From NCBI GenBank assembly GCA_905178155.1, contig CAJINV010000001.1, positions 791,643 to 855,642 on the forward strand: a stretch of 64,000 nucleotides of DNA, given 5' to 3'. This DNA is from Amoebophrya sp. A120. Its lineage: Eukaryota > Protista > Dinoflagellata. Below the pieces are notes generated by a model. That model ran no database searches. It worked only from the letters and a program-made list of their open reading frames with translations, and was not told the DNA's origin. The translations under genes and the position numbers were made by a program. Positions 50,213 to 61,200 of the stretch are shown piece by piece; the stretch's first letter is position 1, and every line of letters begins with the position of its first letter.

Positions 50213-52503
50213 CTATGCCACCGACGAAAGCACATCCCCGATGTCCTGTTCGCACACGAAGAGCTGCCCGTCAACCTGCTGGATCCCGGCGTCGCACTTG
50301 AATCCGTACAGCCGGTTCTTCTGCTCCGCTATGTCAAACAGGTGCTGGGCCGCGCCGGAGCCACTCGGGGCGGGGGACACCCAGTCGTTTTTGAAAACTT
50401 CCAGCGTAAAGTCCCTCTCGATCTGCCCCGCGCACGCCGGGTGCAGCAGGTATTCGATCGCGCGGTCGCACAGCGAGTTCTTGTTGATGGACAGGTGCCG
50501 CAGCGTCCGGGTTTCTACCAACGCCTCGGAGAGTGCTTTTGCGCCGGTGGTGTTTTCGCGTTCACCGATTCGGTTGTGGTCCAAGTTCAGCTTGCGCAGC
50601 TGGCCCCACTTTACCTGGAAGGTGATTGATGTCATCTTCTAGCATGGCGAAAGAACAAACACTTTTTCATCGTCCCTCACTGCCGATCGTCGAAGCCATG
50701 CACGGTGTTGTCTTACGTCGAATTATTCTTTGGAGGGCGAAGGCTACCGCCTGTCACGTAGGTGGGCAAAAAAATCTCTATACCAGTTCGCTAACGCACT
50801 CTGCTCCTTTTGCGCCGATTTCGTTACACCTTAGGTCTAGCACTTGCAGCCGTTGTTGGTCAACGGCGACGTCGTCCAAAAACAGTTCGAGACTGCTGTC
50901 GCGGAAGCGGAATTTGCCGAAATATATTTCCGTCAAGGAGGGGTTTACCGCAAGCATCTTTCCGAAATGCGTTGCGTGCTCGCCCTGCAGACTGAAGAGG
51001 CGTGGGTTTTGCACGTCAAGCACACGCAGAGTGTCATTGTTTACGTGGAGCACCTGGAAATAGTGATGCAAAAGTGAATTTGAGTTATTGGTCAACCGGA
51101 CTTGCTCCTTCCCATCTTCGCGGCAAGCGTGGAATGAACGAAGCGACTTGATGTTGATGCTTGCACACTCGTTATCTAGTGGCCTCAATAGATTGAAATT
51201 CACTAATATACCGCACTAATCGCGATCAGCGCGTCGATGTCCAATTCTGTGTCGCTTGCGTAGAGCTCCAACAGCGTTGAATTCCTCTGCAGAAATGCGG
51301 CAAGCGCCAGCCCACCGAGCTTCCCGAGCGGGTTTTCGGAAATGTCTAGCCGGGCCAGAGACTGGACGTGGGTGTTCAAAAGCATGGACTCAACGCCGGC
51401 GGAGGAAATGGAGTTGCCGCGGAGCTGAGTTTTGTTTTTCATTTTCTTGCATCATTGGCGCGAAACTTGCTTTTTTCATACCTAAATCTTTGTCCTGGTG
51501 TCATCTGACGTTCTTGCATTCTACTTTAAAGAACGAATACTATGCAGCCTGCGATAGTTCATTCTTCAAGTTAATGTTAAAATTACCATCAAGCTTTTCA
51601 AGCTGGCGCCGTCCTTTATTATTCCGCTTGCTATTGTGGCGCAGCCAGCGTCCGTTAGGTTGTTGTACCTGGGACGGTCGTGTGAGTGTTTTAGCCGTGC
51701 CGACGGTGGCAACCTCACTTTTTATCAACGTCGGTAAATTCTCAATGGCGATCGAAGTTCACCTTCCCCTACTTACTACATTGGCAATGAGTAATGGACA
51801 TTAAGATTAACCTATGTACAAACAACAGGCTACTTTGCATAATTCACAAAGTAACCAAACCCAATACGAGAGGTCTATTCTCGTGAGGAACTGCAGGCTC
51901 GATGCCAAAACTTTTGTCAGAACTGGCAAGTGGTCATCGGTCATTCTGGTGTGAAACGCCTGCGGCACACTCCCTCGCGCCTCCACCCACAGTTTGCCTT
52001 TCTCCTTCTCCGCACAACATGTTTTGAAGGAATTTATGACGCCGACCAATGGTTGCTGCTTCTCCGCTTCGCAGGCGGTAAGGTATCTGAGATAGGTGCA
52101 GTTTCGATTTTTCCCGGAAGAGCGAAATATTCAATTTACTTTTATTTTTCGACTTGATGCAACTTGTTGTGCAAAAAATTCAATAAGTCGTGGAATCCAC
52201 ACAGATAGGAAAATTCAGTACTCTTTCAGCACGGCCTCGTCCTCGAGTGCTGGAACGGAGGTTCCTTCGGCCATTATGATAGTGCAGAACTCCCTCTCCC
52301 CCTGACTTTGATGGCATCCACAGCAACACAGACTTTGCTGAAGATGCAGCTTTTGCATGACAAATTCACGACCGATTCTAGTGCTGTGTCAGCTTCCTGA
52401 CCGTGTCATGCAAGCAATGCCACGAGGAACAGGGTGAGGCTGGATTTTCTTGACTTTGCATGACAAATGAGGGGGCTGGGGGATTGTGCAGTCTCATAGC
52501 CAT
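50213..52503 (-). CDS. LRRC34: LRRC34-like (RI-type LRR) protein
   Basis: RI-like repeats (LARLDISENPLGKLGG, LQVLDLRCNEIGAKGA), NPRLFSLQGEHATHFGKML and terminal QQVDGQLFVCE resemble LRRC34. GT-AG introns plus one element at the start codon. Confidence 0.75.
52275..52498. mobile_element. TIR intron-like element, family H, TSD GCCAT (contains the ATG)
   Basis: TATGATAGTGCAGAACTCCCTCTCCCC...GGGGGCTGGGGGATTGTGCAGTCTCATA. GCCAT at 52270-52274 and 52499-52503. Confidence 0.9.
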
Positions 52504-53208
52504 CTTCTCGCTCCGCGGAGGATAGACCGCACCGGCAGAAGAGGAAGTGGCAACACGCTTACGCTTTCATGATCTTTATCACGGCTTCATATTCATTTGA
52601 GTATATGATCGTTTAACATTAATCTTAGTCCCGTAGCTACTAGCTGAAAATGCGAGACAACAAGAGCGGTGAACCAATGCATGCGCTTAGCCCGCCCAGA
52701 GAAATCAACGACATGCACCGGAACCGGAATACCCAACGGCCGGTGGGCGATTTCATGGCACGATGACGATAACAATCCGCGATATCGATATGATTTTGAT
52801 TATGAGGAGCGTACGAAACAAAGCACTCCAATCGACAAACTCCTCACTCTCAAGGGAAGCTTCAGAATCAAAGACTCACAACAAGCACTCCATTTACTGC
52901 AATTTGACAGTCTTGCACTTGAGCAGGATCGTCCCCCCGGTGTAAGAAGCTTTCTCAGATTACTTAGTTACTGGTCCTAAGTGAAGTCATCTTCTTGAAA
53001 ATTTGTCATGCAAAGCCAAACAAAGTCTCGAGATCCAGTTCCAACTTCTACCGAACAAAAACTACTATCCACTTGCCAAGCACACTACTACTACTACTAC
53101 TACGACTGTTTTATCCTGCGACTAGTATTGTTGTCCTTTTTATTCGGCGCTACTATCGGATGTACAGCGTAACACTATCTTTTTGATTTCCCCGGGTGGG
53201 GTGTTGTT

Positions 53209-54121
53209 CTAGGGAGGTAGGGAATCGGCGACCCAGGTCTTTGTACTACTGTCCTGCCTGAAGGTGGTCCCGAAAACCATAGCCTCTTCCTTGCCTGCGT
53301 TCTCGCAGAAGAAGAAACTGCTGACCCTGAACTGCAACTCGCCGTCTTCTGTCTTTATGAAGAAATTGTATTTTGACCTAGGCCGCCTCGTCCACACCTT
53401 CCCGTTTATTCGTCGTAGTGTCTCCTTGTTCTTTTCTTCTTCTTCTTCTCTCTGCAGTTGTAGTCTTTGTCGCCTTTCTTCTTCCATTGCTGTTCGCTTT
53501 TTGCTCTTCGGTGCGCCTTGCCAAGCACAAGCTTATGTGCTTATTCACGCTCTTCTTGGCGTCTCGTATCGCTTTCATACTTATGTACAACAGAGGTAAG
53601 AAACAAAGACTCCTGTTTTTTCGAGGCAATTCTTTCTCGGTGTGAAGTTTTCGAGTGATTTGCAGTGATAATTTGTCATGCATTTTGTACGTAGTGCGAC
53701 GAATGGAAAATGTGAGAGGTGAGGTCACGCTGCGATATTTGATAAATTCCCATAGAGGTCTTTGCTGTAAACGTAGTGGGTTCTGCTAGAAACAACGCAG
53801 AGTTTTATTTTCTACAAGAAGGAGAAACACAAGCGTACGCTACGACCCATGACAGAAGGGCATCGACTTTTCCATTTTTTCAAACGGATCTAGTCGGAAC
53901 GCATCGGCGGGTCAGGGGAAATAATGCTTTTTACACAGCCTATTCGTTCAGGCAATTAGAGAACTGTAAATCCTGAAGTTTGTATCGAAGAGCGCGATTT
54001 TTGCTGTAGTTGTTACAATGAATCAAGATTGCGTACTGTATCAATTGTGGGGCTTGTAAGTAAGATTGATTTGGTCTAAAAAGTCAGAAACGTGTGCTAT
54101 TTGCGATCCATTATCTTCCAT
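53209..54121 (-). CDS. Hypothetical protein (exon structure uncertain)
   Basis: Protein-like terminal exon 53209-53487 (EEERRQRLQ...KYNFFIKTEDGELQFRVSSFF). Possible first exon MEDNGSQ at 54121. Confidence 0.35.
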
Positions 54122-54668
54122 CGTTCTTCTAGTTTTAATTTGTAATAAAAATGTAAGTGTTATTGTCGTTGTAAGAAGAAGAAGAAGAGCTGCGAAATTT
54201 GTGTTGCTAAAAACACTATCTAAGTTTTGTTTCGTAGAGAATTGAGCTTTCCCATGTGCGGCTGCAGCCGTCTTATCCCTTTGCGAAGTCCTTAGCAGCA
54301 GCACGCCACCTTGTTTCACGGCGAGGACCTTCATCAAAATTTGAGCATTGACCGGCCTTATACCTGCGTCAACGTGCAGTGTACATCTACATATTGTAAC
54401 AATAAAGGACGAGGACGAGGAGCAGGAGGGTGAGCATTTTCTTGATTAGCTTACTACAGGTACAGAGGTAAAAGCTCAACATGTTACTTCCGCACTGGTT
54501 CTTGTTAGGTTTCGTGTCTCGTTGCTGCGATACTCCTGAAGTCGTGGTGAGACCGTCACTGTCTGAAAGTTTGAAACGGTCTCGCTGGCATTTGTTTTTA
54601 GAAAGATACTCTTTCGCTTAAGGCAATCGGCACTTCTTTCTCGTTTGAGGCTTTGGGTTGGTGTAAAA

Positions 54669-55412
54669 TATTGAAAGTCAGTTGTTTTCATCTCGTTGGT
54701 TGTGAACTATATATTTATATTATACTTTTGGTTTTGTGTACTAAGTTTTTAGCACTTCATCTTGAGCGTAAGCTTGATGTCACGACACGGTGCTTGCGTC
54801 CGAAGTTACCGCCGGACGGTTGCGCCCAGTTCCTCTTCCGGGGAAGACACGTCGGTTTCCGGGTCCGCCGCAGACTCTCCCATTTCCGCTTGCCAGTCGG
54901 CGTCGTTGCCCACGCCGTCGTGCGTGATTTCTTGTTTTGCGTCTTGATCGGATGCTGCCGCCTGCCAACAATTTATTCTGGATTTCAGGAGAATGAAGGA
55001 TCAATCTTCGCCTTCGCGTGCGCGGATCTATACGCAGACAAGTATATCATCAAGCTCAACCACGATGCAGCAGGAGTTACAGCTCGTAGAGTAGTATGTA
55101 AGTAGGTAGAAGTTTTCCGAGGGGGAAGAGAAGTAGCCCGATGCTCATTTGCAAGTATACGTCACATTGGAAATAACGAAGAAAACCTGAGCGAAGGACG
55201 ACCACGGTCCATCGTATGGCTCCCCGGTGAGTGGCCATTTTCCCGTCCGCTTCGCAGCGGCCCTCAAGTGCGCGTCCTATATTTAAAGTCAGTTGTTTTC
55301 ATTGGTTGTGAAGTATTTATTATACATTTGGTTTTGTATACTTCTAAGTTAGTACTTCTTGCGCGTACTTAAGCTTGATGTTACGGAACGGTGCTTGCGT
55401 CCGAACTTAACG
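54669..55412. repeat. About 140-bp imperfect direct repeat (54669-54811 and 55279-55412)
   Basis: Shared blocks AAAGTCAGTTGTTTTCAT, TTTGGTTTTGT, TAAGCTTGATGT and ACGGTGCTTGCGTCCGAA, in the same order. Confidence 0.85.
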
Positions 55413-55708
55413 ATCAGCAGGCTCAGGCATTCCGCCCGACGCCCAAACAGTGGCCTCTCATTGCAATACCTCCGCCTTTTTCTTTTCCTCCAGCCGGTTT
55501 CGGATTTCCGCTGCATCGAGTTCTAGTTGTCGGATCTGCTTGTACGTCAAACCCATCTGCAGATGATGTTGATACGCATACGCAGCATTGGATTTGAACT
55601 TTGGTTCTTGTTCGTGCAAGCATGCCCGTTGCGAACATAACCCTCGCCAAAGGAAAAAATAAAAAAGTAGTCGCTGCCGACGTTACGCGACTCCTTCTCC
55701 TACTCAAC

Positions 55709-56683
55709 CTACCAGATCACGCAAAATAAAACAAGTATCTTTATACAAGCGGGACCGGGCCCTCGTGTTTCGGGTCGAGCATCATCGACAGGGCGCGAAT
55801 ATACTCCGGCGTCATGGGGGGGGGGGGGCTCGGACACCGTACGACCCGCGCGAGTTTGTCTCGCGCGCGAGTCTGTCTCGGGAGGGGCCCTACCCTCTTC
55901 CAGCATGAATGGTTGAGAATCGTCGTCGGGCGAGCTCTCCTTCTCCCGTCGCCTGCAGCAAAATCGGGAAATAGGGTTCGTGGGAAAGTTCCACGACAGT
56001 TGCAGAAACGCGGCTTGTTCACCGCCAGGCTGCACTTCCGTCACCGCGGTCGTCGCGGTGGACCAGATTTGGTCCGCCGCGGTCCTCGGGTACTTTTCCC
56101 CAGCACCACCACCGAGTTGCAGGAAAGCAGCGTCGATTTCACTTGAGCAGGCGTTCGCGAAGGCGGTGATGTCGGCGCCCCCGCCACCGTTGTCGGTCAC
56201 GGACGGAGGGAGAAACGGACACTCCTCCTGGCTGAGTTTGTTGTCCTTGTTCTCATCACGCGCGACGAACTCGTCGAAGAGACCGTTCTGCTGAGCCCGC
56301 AGCACCACTTGCAGTCGCAGCCCGAAGGTCTTCCCGTTCGCGGTGTTGTTCAGCATGCTGTTGATCAACTCGATCTTGGTATCGGAATACCCCGCACGGG
56401 AAAGCCCGTTCTCCTGCTCTGTCGGATCCTTCGGTTCCACCAACAGATCCAAAAGACCGGCGCTCTTCTCGTCGCGGTGCAACTGGTGTCCTTCCGTCGG
56501 GGACGCGGATTGGGAAGCAGTGGTCGTTGCTGTGGTCGAAGCATGATCAAACTTTCCGCGTAGGTTGCCACGTACCGGCGTCACGAGCGCGAGGTGCAAG
56601 TGGAGGCACAGGCCGAGATACCCCAACAACAGAGGCACGTGCTTCAGCACGACCTTGTGGCTAGACAAGGCGTCAGCCTGCAT
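55709..56683 (-). CDS. Putative secreted/membrane protein with an EF-hand-like loop (3' structure uncertain)
   Basis: Hydrophobic N-terminal segment, DENKDNKLSQEE loop, repeated AAFLQL. Confidence 0.6.
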   Translation of the reverse strand: MQADALSSHKVVLKHVPLLLGYLGLCLHLHLALVTPVRGNLRGKFDHASTTATTTASQSASPTEGHQLHRDEKSAGLLDLLVEPKDPTEQENGLSRAGYSDTKIELINSMLNNTANGKTFGLRLQVVLRAQQNGLFDEFVARDENKDNKLSQEECPFLPPSVTDNGGGGADITAFANACSSEIDAAFLQLGGGAGEKYPRTAADQIWSTATTAVTEVQPGGEQAAFLQLSWNFPTNPISRFCCRRREKESSPDDDSQPFMLEEGRAPPETDSRARQTRAGRTVSEPPPPHDAGVYSRPVDDARPETRGPGPACIKILVLFCVIW

Positions 56684-58202
56684 GTTCTTTGAGTTTTCTG
56701 TCAAAGCGAGCCACCAGCTCAGGCTGCTGAGAACAAACAGAAGGTGGAAGACCGAAACTTCGTCTCTCCGAAAAGAAACCGCCCTGCAGTTGAATTGTGG
56801 AAGGGTGGGAAGACCGGGCTTCTATCTTCGTTCAGAGAGTTACCTTTACGCTTACGCAGCATCAAGAATTACGACGATGACGTAGATCACTGTATGCTAA
56901 GAGATGCCGTCCCTTCATCTACGCGGCAAGGTCAAGGTCTTGATCTCTTTCTCTTTCTCTTTCTCTTTCACCTCACCCCGATAGTACATCAAAACGAGAC
57001 ATAACAACCACGAGAAGCGAAAACAATCCAAATTACCTAGAGCGCGATAAAAATGCACATAGATGAAGAGGAGTGTTGCTAATCGGAGCGATATGTTTTT
57101 CCCAAACGAAAATTCATCCCTTCCTTACTTTCATCCTGAGGAACAAGAATTCCATCTTCATGTCGCACGAATTGACAATTAACACCGAAGCTAGCGACTG
57201 GGTTTCTATATAAGTACTAAAAGTATCTTTTGTTGTTCGCTTGTGAAGCGTCGACTCAGACGTGCAGCAGGCCCCTACTGGTGACGAACACGAGTGCGCT
57301 GCGCCACTGAGATTAGTGTGGTCAACTCTCACTGTTATTACGGATGTCGTGCCTCGTCGACCTTGACCTTGAGATCGTTTTCGCAGCAAAATGAAAATAT
57401 TGACCGAAATTCCGTTTTCAACAGAACCCTTTAGCTACATTTGGTTTTTTGGTTTTTGTCCGCTGGCGGTTTCACATCGTGTAAGTAAGTCTAAGTACAA
57501 GTAGGAGAAGCTTAGCAAAGTAATAAACACGAGCAGCAACTTCCTATGGGATCCCTAAAAAGCAATGCAAATTTCTGTCCGCGTCGCGAAATTGAACGAG
57601 CGGAAACGTAGCAGAAAACATATAGACGAAAGCGAAAAAAATGTAAATTCAGCAAAAGGGGAAAATCCAAGTGGAAGAGATTTTGCAAAATGAAAATAAA
57701 GAGTAACACGAAAGAAAAACAAGATAGAAAATCGAAATCGCATCGGTCTTCATCAGAGTAGTCAAAAATTAGCAAAGGTTGATTCTTGGAAACCTATCAA
57801 AGTAAGTGGCTCTTCTATTCCTATTGTTCATTGTGACATAGATTTCTAAAGTAGTATCTTCTACGTCTACCGGCATAAGCAGCTTCGGCTCATGCAGATT
57901 GATCATTATTTCCTCCATTTGATCTGGATGCAGGTTTATTGTTTGAGCTAAACAACTTTTTCAAGTGTAAGTCATCAAGTACAAATTTACATTACCGCTC
58001 ATTTTCACGTACGAAAAACATATACAAGTAGAATTTGAATTTCTGCAAACGAGGAAAATTGGAGCTGCAAAAAATTTTCTCCAGCACAGCAGGTCCGCGT
58101 TTTTCGTTTTTAGAAGTCGCACTGAATCTACTACGTTTGACGAAGTTGTGAAGCTCATCGTGCGTCTGCGTGTCCTGTTTGTTTCACCCCTGACCGCTGC
58201 TT

Positions 58203-61200
58203 TCACTCCTCCGAGTGGTGTTCTCCCGCGTCCTCCGCGTGCTTTTTCTTTTGTTTGAATTCGTGGTCTTCGCCGCTCGTGTCGCCCTCGTCGTGCTCAT
58301 GGCCACCACTGGGCGCTTCGTTACTGTCGTCCTCCGGGTGATCGTCATGGTCACTGTCCGCCGCGTATCGTAAGGAAAAATCCCCCCTCCCCATATCGAT
58401 GAGGCACGCCTCAGAAAATTTGCCATGCTGATTTGTGACCACAAATTGCATCTATGACGCAAGAGAGCAACGCCACAGGCTCCGCTCCATTATGCAGGCG
58501 GTTTGTAATGCTGTTGGGTCTATGGCATAGACGTTCCTCATGCTAAGTGCCTAGGCCAGAACCTCTCGACTCCGGCACGATATGGGCCTGCAGTCCTCTA
58601 CTGCAAGACAAATCTGATTTGTGTACGCAAATCCAGCACCAGAAATTTCGTTTCGATGTGGGGAGGGGGAATTTTTCCTTCTGATACCGCGCTATCGTGG
58701 TGGTTCTTCCGCCCGTGATCATCATCGGATTTGAATGCCCGATAAAACAAGCGAAAGCCACCTCTGTACTTGTGCAAAAATGAATACACAAACTACAAGT
58801 CTGTCTTGCTTAGTCTTTCTTAGCAACATAGTAGGCGCATTCTTCATGAAATTGCTTCTATTCATTTTTGCATTGCAAATACTCGTGCTAGCTTTTTTCT
58901 TTTTTTGGATAATTCCGACATGTCATCGGAGGCACCACCCATGTCGTCGTCAGGGTGACCCCGCTGGTGTTCCGCATCTGAGTCGCTGTCCGGGAGGGTA
59001 TACAGATGCCAAAATTTGAGTCATGTCGTACAAGTTCGTGCAAATGAGGGAGGGAGACGAAACCGTTCTGGTGGCGACATCTTCATCGCAAAAAGAAAAA
59101 TGGCAACGCATAATAAGGACCAGAAACAGGAGCCCGGCTCGTGATTTTTGCTCAACGCGTGTCACTTCTCAGTTGCATGGCTATGGCATACTTTAGAAAT
59201 TTTCTACTTCTACACGCAGGTAAAATAGCCACATAAACACATAACGCTCGCAACCGGATCATGTTCTTGTGTGCGACCGTGTCAGAAATGACTCAAAATT
59301 TTTCTTTTTGCCTCGGGATAGTCGCGTGGCCGCTTTCGGTCCTGATTACCAGCATTGCTATCCTCATCCTCATCGGACGAATCAACATACTCTACATTGG
59401 GTTTCGTGTTCTTCACGGAACCGGGCGGGAGCTCCACACCCTTTTGCCCGTTCACCGGCACTATCCTGACCCGCATATTCTCGCCATGACTCAAAAGTTT
59501 GGTATTTGCATACTCCGCATCGGCCTGAATCAAGTTGAAAATAACCTAGTAGCTTGTTGTCGTGCAGCCGCTGGCAGAAGAGAGGTAAAGCTAAAGGCAG
59601 CTGGTGCTGTAATGCTATAATGGTTGTCGCGTCCAGGATATTTGATCTTGAGCAGGAGCTTCGTCAACATTTAGAATGACATCATGCACATTAAGAGACG
59701 CGCGTCAATAAAAATTTCAGTGCCGATTCGCACCTGAGATGAACATGAACTCGCGTGCTGTGCTCATGACGAAAAGACCGCTTCCTGTTCTTCACCGAAA
59801 GAAATTTTTGCATACGAAACGATTTTGCAAATAAATGCAGAGACCTTCCTCCTTTTTTTCGACAAAAAGAGCTGCTACTGGTTTTCGATGCGATACGGTC
59901 GTCGGGACCATCGCCTGGCTCGCCGCTGTCGAGGTCGCGCAAGCCTTCATAGTCCGGGTCGTCCAGGTAGTCGTGTTTTTTGTGGTAGTGGACCCCGTCC
60001 ACCATGAACTCGTCACTCGAGCCCTTGTCCTTCTTGCGCTGTTCCTTGTGGGTGCGGTCGTCGGTGCCGTGCGACGCGTCGCCGTGCACACTGACATCCG
60101 GGATGCTCCGGTCGTCGCTGCTCTCGAGCGAGGCTATGGCGTTCTCAATCATTACACTCTCAACTGTTGCATGAATTTGTGATGCAAAATGGCGATCAGG
60201 ATCTACATGATCAAGCTCCTTCGCATGAAAAGTTCTCGACTCGCTAGATAGCATTAGAAGCTGCGCCAAACCTGTAATGCAAGAAGCGCAATCTCCCCCC
60301 CCTTTCAATGTTGCCACTTTTGCATTACAAACTCATGTAACAGTTGAGAATGTAACATTTGAGAGCTCCATAGAGGAGTGCCCTTCGTTGGAATCCATGT
60401 CGTCCAGATCGTCGCCGGATTCCTCTTATGCACTTTGCAAAAGCATCGCACCCGTGCTTCTAATTGTAACCAAGCATCACAGATCTTCTTTCTTACCTGA
60501 TGCTGCGTGACAAGTTCCCGGTTTCTTGTTGTATATGGATTTTTTTGTCATGCGATAATTTATACTAGCACGATACTTTTGCACTGCATACCTCAGAGAT
60601 GTCCCTGCCGTCGGCGCGGAACATGGGCCGGGCAGGCTTTTCCTCGTGCACCGCGTCGGAGCTATCGGAAGCCCCCTCGTGGGAGTCTTCCACCTTCTCG
60701 CCCTGCATGTGAGCCTATCATGTGCAAAAAAGTTCCCGCCCAAGACTCGAAATGGGGAATCCGCTAGACAAATCCAGAAGTTTTGGGTGTCAGGCATGAC
60801 AGCTTCTTTGGATCCACAGTTTTGTCATGGTGTCTAGCTAGTGCAGCCGCATCACAAATTGCCCGCCTGATCCTGATTATAGCATGACAAAATCGAAAAC
60901 ACACCTACAAGTTGCTCCTCATTGGGCCGCGCATGAGAAACATTTTAAGCATGCAGATTTGCATAAACAACTCTAGGGTGGGAGCGTTTGTGACCAGAAT
61001 AGCGCCCTCCTCTTTTTCATAATCTCCTCCGGATCGATCAGGCTGGGGTCTTTTTCATCCTTCTTCTTCTGCGTTACCTTCGTGCCCTCGGAAGACGCGG
61101 TTTTTGAAGTTGCGGATTTGTCATTTTCGCTTTTCTTATTTTCGCTGGCGTTCATCTTCTCGGATTGCTTTTTAGCAGCCGGGTCTTTGGAAGCGGCAGC

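Noticed and set aside
52669-52980. Plus-strand 103-aa ORF
   Set aside because: No domain or supporting exon structure, and against the strand of all other genes.
59526-59895. Possible element with flanks CGGCC/CGGTC
   Set aside because: Left terminus lacks TAT and the join does not give the expected frame. Left unresolved.
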